Of a stretch of 64,000 nt of DNA, positions 37,701 through 46,925 are shown one piece after another. The stretch comes from a virus. The stretch lies in the IMG/VR virus record IMGVR_UViG_3300037340_000044, positions 1 to 64,000 of that record. One strand, given 5' to 3'. The notes below the pieces were generated by a model. The model worked only from the letters and a program-made list of their open reading frames with translations, had not been told where the DNA came from and searched no databases. The translations under genes were made by a program, and so were the position numbers. The first letter of the stretch is position 1. Each line of letters starts with the position of its first letter.

Positions 37701-40528
37701 CCGTGCTGCCATTCCTACAGAACCACCGGCCGACAGTCAATCGGCAGCCGAATCGGTTTCCGCAAGAGGAAAACCGCAACGGCTCGGCCACGTCCCGGTT
37801 CGCGCGCGTCGTCGGCGCCGTCCCCGGCCCAGACGCCGACTTCGCGTTGCCACACATCCTGCAATTCGGCGGCATCATCGGCGGCGCTTGGCGGACTTAT
37901 TACCACGGCCAATACGACGAGGCGATGTACTTCTCGCGTGAGGACGCGCTAGCCATGCGCAACGATGCGTGGCTCATGTCGCTCATTGACGAACGCAAGC
38001 GAGCCGTAGCCACGCTCAAATGGCATGTCGAAGTCGATAACCCACGCGATCCGATACAGAAGGCGCTCGCGGACGGGCTGACGCAACTTTACAAGAACTT
38101 GCCGCGATACACAGACCTGACCATGAGCGGTCTGGAAGCGCTCTGGTTCGGGCGGGCGGGCGATCAATTCGATTGGGTGTACAAGAACGTACAGGTGCCC
38201 GCGATGCCGCGGCTGGCGTCGGCACCGGGCGTGCCGGCGAGCATGGTTGCCAGCGAAGGCGAGTACGAGACGCGTAAGGTTCTGTGGATGCGGAACCACG
38301 AGCCGATCGAAGGCGACAAGATCGACTACGACTTCGACGGCACGCCGTACATTCTCGTCAGCCCCATCGTGGCACTGAACACCTACCAGTCGGCAAACGC
38401 TGAATTCCGCCGCTATCACGACGGCCGGTGGCAGCGCGATGACCAGCTACCGCCGCGACCGATGGTGCCGGACTTGAAGGCGGAACACGCTTCACTCGGG
38501 TTCACGACGATCGGCGGCAAAGCTCTATTTCTCAAGGGCAACTGGCGGTCACGCTTCCGTATCCACAAGCATCAGTGCATCGATAGCAGCTACTGGCAGC
38601 CGTGGAAGGCTGGCAGCTTGTACGGCGTCGGCATTCGATCGGTGGTGTTCTGGTACTGGTGGCTCAGACAAGAATATCTCGCCAACATCACGGACTGGTG
38701 TGCGCGCACGGGACTCGGCATCAAACTCTGGTACTACGAACAGGGGAACAACGCGAGCAAGTCTGCAATATTGCAGGCCGCGAAAGACCAGAGCGACAAG
38801 GTGAACATCGCGGTTCCCTACGATCCGAACAACCCGAACCGGCCGGCAGTGGACATCGTGGAGATGGCAGGCACAGGGGCTGATCTTCTGTCTACGATCG
38901 TGAAGCACGTTGAGGAGTACATCGAAAGATATATCGTCGGCCAGAACATGACCGGGGGTAGCGACGACTTCTCCGCTGGTTTCGGCGACAAGGGCCGCAG
39001 CGAACTTGCGAGCCGCACGAACTGGCAGATTACGAAGCTGGACGCTCGCAAGTTCGACGACACGAACACGACAGATATCCTGGATAATATCAAGCGATTC
39101 AGCTACCCGGAGTATGCAGAGATTCCGGCAAGGCTGGTCAGTGAGGTTGATGATCCGGACATCAAGAAATGGTCGGAAGGCGCAAAGGTGTTCGTGGAGA
39201 TGGGCGGCGAGATCGTCGAAGATGAGGCCCGCGAGAAGCTGGGGCTGTCGAAGCCGCGGCCGACGGACACGACCATCGGCGGCGCGGCAGCCTTGCAGGC
39301 GCAGCAGGCCACGAGCGGGCACGTGAAGCCACCGGGAGACTTGGCGCCAGGCGGCGAGCAAGCAAACGGACAGGCGAATGACAAACCAAATCCGCTTGAG
39401 GGGGCAGTTGACACAGCGGACAGGCTGAAATTCAGTTGGGTAACGATGGGCGGTCACGTCGATGGCGACAAGAAACACGTCGGCGGATTCCATGTCGAGG
39501 TTGACGAGAACGGCAAAATCCAGCGCGGCGGCACTCCCGAGATGCACGGCAAGCCAATCCACGAAGCCATCGGAGCCCTTGAACGGGTAGACAAGGATCG
39601 CAAAAAGGCTGCCGAGAAAGAGAAGGAAGCTGAGCAAAAACCGGCCGAAAATCCGCCGGAAATTAATTCTGCAAATTTGCAGAATAAACCCGCCGCGCAG
39701 CCTGAAAAGCTTACAGACGAGCAGAAATCGCAGATGCTCGCCGACAACGAAGACCTGGCAATCGGCATGGCGTACAAGAAAGCCAAGCAGGGCTACGGCG
39801 AGGTGGACGATCTGGCCCAAGAAGCGAATATCGCCATGCTGCAAGCGGCGGACGCCTGGGATGAATCGAAGGGGCCGTTCAAGAACTTCGCCTCCCGAGC
39901 GATCAACAACAGGTTCACGGATATTCTGCGAGCGAAGCAACGCCGGCCGCAGCAGCAGATGCCAGAGAGCTTCGACGCAGAGCAGCCGCGTGCTGATACG
40001 CGCTCCGATGATTTGCATGCTGCCATCGCAAAGTTGCCAGAGGCGGAGCGCAGCATCATCGGCAAGCTTCTTGAAGGGCAAACTGTAGAGCAGATCGGCG
40101 AGGCTTTAGGGCAACATAAGAGTACAGTGAGCCGTGCTGCCACCAAGGCGCGGGCTACGCTGAAAGAATTGCTGAGCAGTCAGTCATACGCGGAATTCGA
40201 GGAGAAGTTGCGATACGCCGACGGTCGCTCATCCGAGTACCGTCGCAGTCACAGCAAGACAGTCGAGCACGCCCTAGAGCGCTTGAGCGAGATTCCCGAG
40301 GACGCCACTGACGAGGAAGTGGAAGCGGTCATCGCGGCGATTGCCAAGCAGTTCACGGTGGACGAGTTGAAGGAACTGGCACGCGAGTACGGCGTGACGG
40401 GTTCGACCAAGGGTAAGCTGATCGACGGCTTGATCGAGAAGTGCGTCAAGGAGAAGGAAACCTACGAATCGCAGGAAGAAAAGGCGTACTATGACGAGTG
40501 CCGCGCCGCTCTGGAGAAATACCTATGA
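37670..40528 (+). CDS. Portal protein (Mu gp29/DUF935-like) fused in frame to a sigma-70-family sigma2+sigma4 domain; start may be GTG 37703
   Basis: D..L.S...RKRAV, EALWFG, G.GIRS..FW.WW, IVGQNMT, EAREKLGL; then DDLAQEANIAMLQAADAWDESKG.FKNFASRAINN and LPEAER...EGQTVEQIGEALG.HKSTVSR. Confidence 0.85.
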   Translation: MGRFGSRKRAAVLPFLQNHRPTVNRQPNRFPQEENRNGSATSRFARVVGAVPGPDADFALPHILQFGGIIGGAWRTYYHGQYDEAMYFSREDALAMRNDAWLMSLIDERKRAVATLKWHVEVDNPRDPIQKALADGLTQLYKNLPRYTDLTMSGLEALWFGRAGDQFDWVYKNVQVPAMPRLASAPGVPASMVASEGEYETRKVLWMRNHEPIEGDKIDYDFDGTPYILVSPIVALNTYQSANAEFRRYHDGRWQRDDQLPPRPMVPDLKAEHASLGFTTIGGKALFLKGNWRSRFRIHKHQCIDSSYWQPWKAGSLYGVGIRSVVFWYWWLRQEYLANITDWCARTGLGIKLWYYEQGNNASKSAILQAAKDQSDKVNIAVPYDPNNPNRPAVDIVEMAGTGADLLSTIVKHVEEYIERYIVGQNMTGGSDDFSAGFGDKGRSELASRTNWQITKLDARKFDDTNTTDILDNIKRFSYPEYAEIPARLVSEVDDPDIKKWSEGAKVFVEMGGEIVEDEAREKLGLSKPRPTDTTIGGAAALQAQQATSGHVKPPGDLAPGGEQANGQANDKPNPLEGAVDTADRLKFSWVTMGGHVDGDKKHVGGFHVEVDENGKIQRGGTPEMHGKPIHEAIGALERVDKDRKKAAEKEKEAEQKPAENPPEINSANLQNKPAAQPEKLTDEQKSQMLADNEDLAIGMAYKKAKQGYGEVDDLAQEANIAMLQAADAWDESKGPFKNFASRAINNRFTDILRAKQRRPQQQMPESFDAEQPRADTRSDDLHAAIAKLPEAERSIIGKLLEGQTVEQIGEALGQHKSTVSRAATKARATLKELLSSQSYAEFEEKLRYADGRSSEYRRSHSKTVEHALERLSEIPEDATDEEVEAVIAAIAKQFTVDELKELAREYGVTGSTKGKLIDGLIEKCVKEKETYESQEEKAYYDECRAALEKYL

Positions 40529-40989
40529 ACCGTGAAGCCGTGCTAATGCGTGCCGTGGCCGATGTCATCAAGCAGAGGGTTGGCACGACCAAGGCGAATC
40601 TGGTCGAGAACGTCAGGACCGTTGACGCGAAGATGCTGCTGCCTGAGTTCACAAACCAGATAGCCGCGCCGGACTTCGGCCCGCTCACGGAAGCGATCGA
40701 GCGGTTCGCAGCCCGCGAGATTCCTGCGCCGCAGGTCACTATCGGGGCGCCCCAAGTGACCGTCGAAGCGCCGAACTTCGAGACGCACCCGAAGTACGAA
40801 TTCAATCCTCACATGGATGCTCCGGTCGTGAACGTGCATGTGGACATGACTCCGGTTGCGGACGCCATCCGCAAGCAAACGGAGTGCTTCGAGAAGCTGA
40901 TGGGCAAGCTGCTGGATCGGATGCCGACTGGAGAAATGGAGATCATCAAGGACAAGGACGGCAAGATCACGGGAGTGAGGAGGAAGTGA
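40525..40989 (+). CDS. Head-region protein with APxVTV repeats
   Basis: GGAG RBS; APQVTIGAPQVTVEAP...IIKDKDGKITG. Confidence 0.7.
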   Translation: MNREAVLMRAVADVIKQRVGTTKANLVENVRTVDAKMLLPEFTNQIAAPDFGPLTEAIERFAAREIPAPQVTIGAPQVTVEAPNFETHPKYEFNPHMDAPVVNVHVDMTPVADAIRKQTECFEKLMGKLLDRMPTGEMEIIKDKDGKITGVRRK

Positions 40990-41228
40990 TGAGTAACGAC
41001 CTGACAGGAATGCCTGGAATCGAAGACGATCATCGGATACTCTGGAAAGTTCTCGCGACCGATTCGCGTGGCATCGTGCAGTACGAACAGGAATTCTGTT
41101 ACCACGTCGATAGACCAGCCTACAATCCAGAGGCGATGGCATACAAGAACGCGGCGAGAATTCGCGGTCTATTCCCGGAATGTTCAGTGAGCGTTACGGC
41201 GCTGACGCATGAGGATTTGAAGCGATGA
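40989..41228 (+). CDS. Hypothetical protein
   Basis: GAGGAGG RBS, TGATG overlap. Confidence 0.6.
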   Translation: MSNDLTGMPGIEDDHRILWKVLATDSRGIVQYEQEFCYHVDRPAYNPEAMAYKNAARIRGLFPECSVSVTALTHEDLKR

Positions 41229-41902
41229 AAAGTCCACGCGAACTGATGCGATCGCTGCGGCAACGGGTCCGCTATGCCGACGCGAGTGGGCACGAACACG
41301 TCGGCAAAGGCGTGCCGGAAGGCGGTCAGTTCACGCACTCGGCGAACGAGCTGGCGCAGAGCCTGAGTGCTGGCAAGACGGGCACCGGCGCGAAAGCTCC
41401 GTCTACTGACGACATGGCCGATTTCTTGGTTGACAGCGGGGCTATCGGCTCGGATGACGCCGACAACTATTCGCCGGAACAAATCACCGCGATGTACACG
41501 AAGGCGAAAGGCGGCGCGGCAAAGCCAGCGGCGACATCTGCACAGCCAACGGCAGGAGCAAGCGAAGAGATTGCCAAGAAAATCGAAAGCATCAGAGGGT
41601 CCGAAGCGGGCTATGCCCACGGCGGCGCTACCATGACGGCAGCTTACCCGGTTGCCAAGGCACTTGCGGGAACCAAGTTCAGCGGCAATATCACCGGAGA
41701 CACGATTGCCACGCTCCTGGACGAACACGGCATCATCGGGGAAGAGGTAGGTAAAGACCGAAGGTTGCGAGTCGCAATCAATAATCCGAAAGCAATGCGT
41801 GCCATTCTTGAAGCTGCTGTGAGCGGCACTCACGAAGGATCGCCTGTGCAAAATTCGATGAACCTGCGCCGAGTAGCGCAGGCTGTTGCACCGATGAGGT
41901 AA
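41225..41902 (+). CDS. Putative head-internal protein
   Basis: RVRYAD..GHEH.GKG.PEGGQFT motif typical of head-associated proteins. Confidence 0.65.
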   Translation: MKSPRELMRSLRQRVRYADASGHEHVGKGVPEGGQFTHSANELAQSLSAGKTGTGAKAPSTDDMADFLVDSGAIGSDDADNYSPEQITAMYTKAKGGAAKPAATSAQPTAGASEEIAKKIESIRGSEAGYAHGGATMTAAYPVAKALAGTKFSGNITGDTIATLLDEHGIIGEEVGKDRRLRVAINNPKAMRAILEAAVSGTHEGSPVQNSMNLRRVAQAVAPMR

Positions 41903-41908
41903 CAGGCG

Positions 41909-42745
41909 ATGCCGAGCCTATTCCGCAAGATTGCCGACAAGATCTTCGGCGGCGTGCGTCAGGGCATGCTTGAGCGGAAACAGCAAGCAGCCGCTGAAAA
42001 AGAGCGCCGGGCTCGTGCGATGGCGGATCGCGCCGAGCGTGCCGAAGACGTTGGCAATCGGGAAGCTCAAGATGCGATTCGTCGCATCCGAGCGGCAAAA
42101 CAGCAAGGAAATGAGGCAGCACGCAAGCGGGCGATTGCTGACGAGCAAAAGGCTCTGGAATTCGTCAAGAAGCAGCGAATCGAGCGCGAATCGCAAGAAC
42201 GTCACGAACGGGATGCCAAGCACGAACAAGAACAAGCTCGCCTTCAGATCGAAAAACGCACGGCACACTCCCGCGAACAGCTCCTGAAAGCTCGCAAGCG
42301 GATCGTGGATTCACGGCAAGCGTGGCCGTGGGCTGGTCCAGCGCCAAAGGCTCCCAAGGTCTACAAGAGCGTCAACACGGGCGAAGGCGACTTGCCGGAT
42401 GAGCAATCGTTTTTGCTGGGGCAGAAGTATTCGGCGTTCGCAAGCTCGAATGTGGTGGCGATCCAATTCGACCCGCGGCATGGGGGTGATTTGTATATCC
42501 AGTACAAGAAAAAGGGTTTTTACAAATATCCGCGCGTAGGACCGGCGTTCGCCTTGCAAATGTTCCACTCGCTTTCAAAGGGCATCGCCGTTTGGGACTG
42601 GATTCGTGTGCGTGGCGAGAACCCGCGACTTACGTCGCCGCCAGCGAGCACGCGGAAAGCATTCCGGCGTGGGGTTGCGCCGCCGAGCGATCTTCCGCTG
42701 AGCCAGAGTGCTTACCTATTCGCTGCTGGCGGTGGCGGTTTATAG
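41909..42745 (+). CDS. Coiled-coil protein with C-terminal KTSC domain
   Basis: SSNVVAIQFD....LYIQY....YKY..V......SLSKG..VWD.IR. Confidence 0.75.
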   Translation: MPSLFRKIADKIFGGVRQGMLERKQQAAAEKERRARAMADRAERAEDVGNREAQDAIRRIRAAKQQGNEAARKRAIADEQKALEFVKKQRIERESQERHERDAKHEQEQARLQIEKRTAHSREQLLKARKRIVDSRQAWPWAGPAPKAPKVYKSVNTGEGDLPDEQSFLLGQKYSAFASSNVVAIQFDPRHGGDLYIQYKKKGFYKYPRVGPAFALQMFHSLSKGIAVWDWIRVRGENPRLTSPPASTRKAFRRGVAPPSDLPLSQSAYLFAAGGGGL

Positions 42746-43066
42746 GGAATCGATTCGCTTCAAGCTTTCCGCCTGCGCGTTTTTATCTTTTCCAAAGCAA
42801 ATTCGACACAGACCTGATGGATGCTTACACATACCGCCGCCGCACTTTGCGCATTTGTCGAAATCAAGCGTCACTGTCACTACCACGCCGCCGCACAGAT
42901 TCATGCCGTTCGCGGAATCGTGATCAGGTAGGCGGTGAATCTCCGGGAAGTTCGTATCTGGGACCGGCACGCGAACATTAGCTCCGCAGATAGGGCAAAT
43001 CAATGGCCGCCAACAGGATGGATTCTTGTTACGACCAGTCGCTGGCATGTCGGCAATGTCGCCCAT
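42740..43066 (-). CDS. Zn-finger protein
   Basis: MGDIADM; CPIC, CAKC, CRIC. Confidence 0.6.
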   Translation of the reverse strand: MGDIADMPATGRNKNPSCWRPLICPICGANVRVPVPDTNFPEIHRLPDHDSANGMNLCGGVVVTVTLDFDKCAKCGGGMCKHPSGLCRICFGKDKNAQAESLKRIDSL

Positions 43067-43067
43067 T

Positions 43068-43208
43068 CTATCGCTTCCTCGGCTTCTGCCATGACCGGCT
43101 CTTGCACGACGCGCACGACTTCGGCAAGCGGCAACCGCGCGGCAGCCAATGGTGTTCACATCGACGGCAGTGCAGCTTGCGGTTGCGGTTGAATGGTCTA
43201 TTTGCCAT
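43068..43208 (-). CDS. 46-aa Zn-ribbon protein
   Basis: CRRCEHHWLPR...PKSCASCKSRSW. Confidence 0.7.
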   Translation of the reverse strand: MANRPFNRNRKLHCRRCEHHWLPRGCRLPKSCASCKSRSWQKPRKR

Positions 43209-43548
43209 CGTCAGAAATCGTCTCTGAGATTTCCAGATAGTACCAGGCATCTTTGTCGGCGCCGCTGTCGAACAGAAGGTCACCGATGTTTTCTTTCGTT
43301 GGCGGACTGAGTTGAAGCCATTGCCAGAGACCATCGACCATCTGGCAGGCTAGAATGGCGGCTTGTTCGACAGGAGCGCCATCGCTTTGCCGAGCCTTGG
43401 CGTATGGCCCGAATGGAAATTGAACGCTTTGCGCCATGATTGCGATCCAGCGCCCTTTGATCGGCTTTATGTCGATTATTTTGTATTGCTCGCCATGACG
43501 CAGAGCAAAAGATTCGTTTTCCACGATCTTTTTCGACATGTTGGTCAT
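43198..43548 (-). CDS. Hypothetical protein
   Basis: AGGAG RBS before MTNMSKK. Confidence 0.65.
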   Translation of the reverse strand: MTNMSKKIVENESFALRHGEQYKIIDIKPIKGRWIAIMAQSVQFPFGPYAKARQSDGAPVEQAAILACQMVDGLWQWLQLSPPTKENIGDLLFDSGADKDAWYYLEISETISDDGK

Positions 43549-43602
43549 TTGCGATCTCCTGTTCAACGATTACTCCTATAGGAGTTTCCTACGTCTTTCT
43601 CT

Positions 43603-43630
43603 TTGACAAGGCAACCATAAACCGCATAAT
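43603..43630 (+). promoter_or_regulatory. sigma70-like promoter TTGACA-N16-CATAAT
   Basis: Near-consensus hexamers upstream of the head operon. Confidence 0.7.
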
Positions 43631-43636
43631 CAGCAA

Positions 43637-43800
43637 CAGCATTCGAGGCACTGCGGGTTTGCGAATCCGCAGACTTCCTTACTGGGACTAGGTTGGGGCT
43701 TGATCTCCCTAACCAAAAACCGGAACGTCCCATTAACGTCCTGCCAGTACCTGTAATGGGGGCACTGCGGATTTGCAATCCAGCGGTGCCTTTTCCTTTT
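43637..43800 (+). ncRNA. Structured leader/sRNA ending in an intrinsic terminator
   Basis: Hairpins CTGCGG..CCGCAG and GGTTGGGG..CCCTAACC; terminator GGCACTGC..GCGGTGCC-TTTTCCTTTT. Confidence 0.6.
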
Positions 43801-43810
43801 CAGGTATGTC

Positions 43811-45316
43811 ATGGCGGACCACGCCAAGCAATCCATCGAGTACATCACCAAGTCAGGCGAGTACGTCTGTCGCCCGCGCCGCCGCATCTTCGTCGAGCAT
43901 GAAATCTACTCCGCCGATGGCAAGGTCGCGCGCAAAGCCTCACGCGACGACATCAAGGACATCGCCGAAAACATGAAGGAAGCCGCCGTGAGCGGCAATC
44001 CAGCCAAACTCACGTTCGGCCACACGCTCGACGACCAGTACGACGCGAAGGGCACGCTTGTCCGGCACTTCACGGAGCAAGAACAACCGCCCGCACGCGG
44101 CTTCTGGCTTAACCCGCAGTACGAAGAAATCAAGGACGGCAAGGACAAGGGCAAGCTGGCCCTGTACGCGGATCAGTGGATTCAGAAGACGCTGCCCGGC
44201 GACGACGGCAAGCCTACGGATGGGCCGTCCTACGCCGCGACGTTCCCAGGGCGTTCGCCCGAGTATCTGAAACGCAAGAAGCTGATCGACAGCGTGGCGC
44301 TCCTGCGCCGTGCGCCGGCGCTGGACCTCGGCATCGACATTCTTCCCTACCAAGCCGCGCATCCCGACCGCGTGTTCTACTCGGCTCCCGTCGATGCTGG
44401 CGGCAAGATTGCGTGCGTGGAAGATTCCAGGGGCAAGTGGCGTTACGCATACGAGGAAAACATGGACACACCAGCCGATTCGCCAGCGGCACCGGCCAAC
44501 GATCAGGTGCAAACGCCGGGCGCGGCCAGCGACGGTTGGACCCCCGAGCACCAGCACTTCGCCGAGCAAGCGTGCGCGAAGACGGCAGGCATGCACCACA
44601 CGCAATACGCAGCGCTGATGGGCAACATGCACGCGACGCACGGCCCGGCGCTTGGCTTACCCCCGGACAAGATGACGCCGATGGGTGCGCCAGGTGGCGC
44701 TCCTGCGGCTCCAGGCACACCCGCTGCGCCGGCAGCTCCAGCAGCGCCTGCTGCGGCAACTCCAGCCGCCGCGCCACATCACCCGCATACCCCAGGTGCT
44801 CCGATGAAACCCGAACACGAACGCATGTCGGCCGATCAATCCGAGCTGACGATGCAGCGGTATTCGCAGCGGCTCGCGGCACTGGAAGCAGAAAATGCTC
44901 AGTTCCGCCAGACTGCGGCGGAAGCCAACGAGAAGGCGATGTACGCGGAGTTCAAGACCAAGCTTGAACACCTCTACATGGCCGGAATCGACTCGATCAA
45001 CGTGCAAAAAGAAATCGAGACGTGCAAGTCTCGCAAGTACAGCCAGCAGCAGCTCGACTGGCACGCCGAAGCACTCTCTCGCATCCTGCCAGGCGCCGCG
45101 CTGGTTGTCGGCGGCATGATTCCACTGGCCCCCGATGCGATGCCAGCGCGTTTCCAGCAGGAATCGGCCACGCAGTACAGCGGCAACCCCGAACGCGATT
45201 ACGCGCGTTCGATCGAGGTGCAGCGCTACATGCGTGGGGGCAAGACCATTGAGGAAGCAGAAAAGATGTGGGAGCAAGCCCACCTGAACGGTGCCGTCAA
45301 TGGTTCCGCGCGATAA
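43811..45316 (+). CDS. Prohead protease/scaffold protein
   Basis: LTFGHT, RSPEY, IDSVALL..APAL N-domain; Pro/Ala linker; coiled C-terminus; upstream of capsid genes. Confidence 0.75.
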   Translation: MADHAKQSIEYITKSGEYVCRPRRRIFVEHEIYSADGKVARKASRDDIKDIAENMKEAAVSGNPAKLTFGHTLDDQYDAKGTLVRHFTEQEQPPARGFWLNPQYEEIKDGKDKGKLALYADQWIQKTLPGDDGKPTDGPSYAATFPGRSPEYLKRKKLIDSVALLRRAPALDLGIDILPYQAAHPDRVFYSAPVDAGGKIACVEDSRGKWRYAYEENMDTPADSPAAPANDQVQTPGAASDGWTPEHQHFAEQACAKTAGMHHTQYAALMGNMHATHGPALGLPPDKMTPMGAPGGAPAAPGTPAAPAAPAAPAAATPAAAPHHPHTPGAPMKPEHERMSADQSELTMQRYSQRLAALEAENAQFRQTAAEANEKAMYAEFKTKLEHLYMAGIDSINVQKEIETCKSRKYSQQQLDWHAEALSRILPGAALVVGGMIPLAPDAMPARFQQESATQYSGNPERDYARSIEVQRYMRGGKTIEEAEKMWEQAHLNGAVNGSAR

Positions 45317-45352
45317 CCGTCTTCAACGATTCAACCTTTTGAGGTGACTCCT

Positions 45353-45772
45353 ATGACCGGCGCCGGAGGCGGATACCCAGGGGGAACTTTTGTTGCCACG
45401 GGCAACATCACCCCATCGAGCTTTGTGACCTTGGACGCGGGCGTGACGGGACACGTCACGTGCGGAACCACGGGCGACTTCCCCATCGGCATCTCGCAGC
45501 AGGGGACGCGCAACCCGTCGTATCCCGGCTTGCAGGATGGCTGGGCGGCCACGTCCGGCGAGAACATCGGCGTCTACATGTCGGGCGAAGAGTGCCTGCT
45601 GCAAGTCGATGCCGCGTACAACCCCGGCACGCTGCTCAAGCCGAACGCCAACGGCATCGGCACGCAGACCACGGCGGACGGCGACAAGTACGGCGCCATC
45701 CAGCTCGACCAATCGACCGTGGCGAATCAACTCATCAAGGTCCGCGTGTTGATCGGCGAACGCGGCGTGTAA
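45353..45772 (+). CDS. Capsid cement/decoration protein
   Basis: GAGG RBS; A.GNI.P..FV, PIGISQ, AATSGE.IGVY, G..LKPNANG.G. Confidence 0.75.
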   Translation: MTGAGGGYPGGTFVATGNITPSSFVTLDAGVTGHVTCGTTGDFPIGISQQGTRNPSYPGLQDGWAATSGENIGVYMSGEECLLQVDAAYNPGTLLKPNANGIGTQTTADGDKYGAIQLDQSTVANQLIKVRVLIGERGV

Positions 45773-45802
45773 GTGTGACCAGAACCTTTTGAGGTCCGAA
45801 CA

Positions 45803-46915
45803 ATGGCAGGCGTTGCAACAATCGGTTCGACCAATCTGGTCATGCTGTCGCCGTACAATGGCTATCTGCCACAGGCGACCAACCAGGTCATCGAGTACAT
45901 TCGCAAGCCGAGCGAATTCGCCCTGAACCGCTACGCCCAATACGTCGAGGCGCCGGCCCCGGTATTCACGTGGCCCTACGTCGATCCGGACCAGCCCGTC
46001 CGCATCGTGAGCGATGCTGAGTGGGCGTGGGAAGACGGACACAACCGGCCCAGCGGCAACGCAAACTTGCTGTCGTACAAGTGGATTCCCGGCCGCGCCT
46101 TCCGCCGCTCGTATCCGTGGCGGCTCGGCGACCAGGCCATCGAGTTCACGAAGAAGTTCAGCAATCTGGACCCGAAGGTCGAGCAAGCGGGCCAGGTCGC
46201 ATCGCAGGCCATGACCAACCGCACCAACCGCGTGGTCAACCTGCTCGAAAACTCGGCCAACTGGTCCGGCAACGTCAACACCGCAACCGGCCTCAACGGT
46301 GGTGCCGGCAAGTGGTCCGGCGCCAGCGACGATCCGACGAACGCCGCCTATCTCGCGATCAAGAAGTCGCTGCTGGGCGCCGCGCTCATCATCACTCTGG
46401 GCACGAACGCCCGCGTGCGAATCAAGGACATGAAGCTGATCCTGTCTCCGCAGGCCGCGGCCACGATGAGCGAGACGGGCGAGATTTACAACTACATCAA
46501 GTACGGCGTCAGCGGCGGTCTGGCCCCCCAGGAGGGCACCGACCGCGACATGAGCGAGTTGTGGGGACTCCCGCCGAAGCTCTACGGGTTCGAGATCGAC
46601 ATCGAAGACTCGCCGATCGTCACCACGTATCCGAGCCAGCCGTACACGCCGGCCAGCATCGTCACCGGCACCGGTGGCCGCAACTGGGTCAAGGTCAACA
46701 CGACCGCCTTTCTCGTTAGCCGCATCGGTGGCATCGACGGTGCCTACGGCGCACCGTCGTTCTCCACCGTGCAGGTCTACTTCGTCGGCGCACAGATGGC
46801 GCTGTTCGAGTTTCACGATACGAAGAACCAGAATACCGAGGGGTACGTTGACGAGCAGTTCCTTGAGGTGTTGGCTGCACCAGCGTCTGGGTATTTGATC
46901 CAGAGCATCATCTAA
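45803..46915 (+). CDS. Major capsid protein
   Basis: 370 aa, strongest codon bias in the window, follows scaffold and decoration genes; LILSP..A, WGLPPKLYG. Confidence 0.82.
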   Translation: MAGVATIGSTNLVMLSPYNGYLPQATNQVIEYIRKPSEFALNRYAQYVEAPAPVFTWPYVDPDQPVRIVSDAEWAWEDGHNRPSGNANLLSYKWIPGRAFRRSYPWRLGDQAIEFTKKFSNLDPKVEQAGQVASQAMTNRTNRVVNLLENSANWSGNVNTATGLNGGAGKWSGASDDPTNAAYLAIKKSLLGAALIITLGTNARVRIKDMKLILSPQAAATMSETGEIYNYIKYGVSGGLAPQEGTDRDMSELWGLPPKLYGFEIDIEDSPIVTTYPSQPYTPASIVTGTGGRNWVKVNTTAFLVSRIGGIDGAYGAPSFSTVQVYFVGAQMALFEFHDTKNQNTEGYVDEQFLEVLAAPASGYLIQSII

Positions 46916-46925
46916 GGATCGACGA

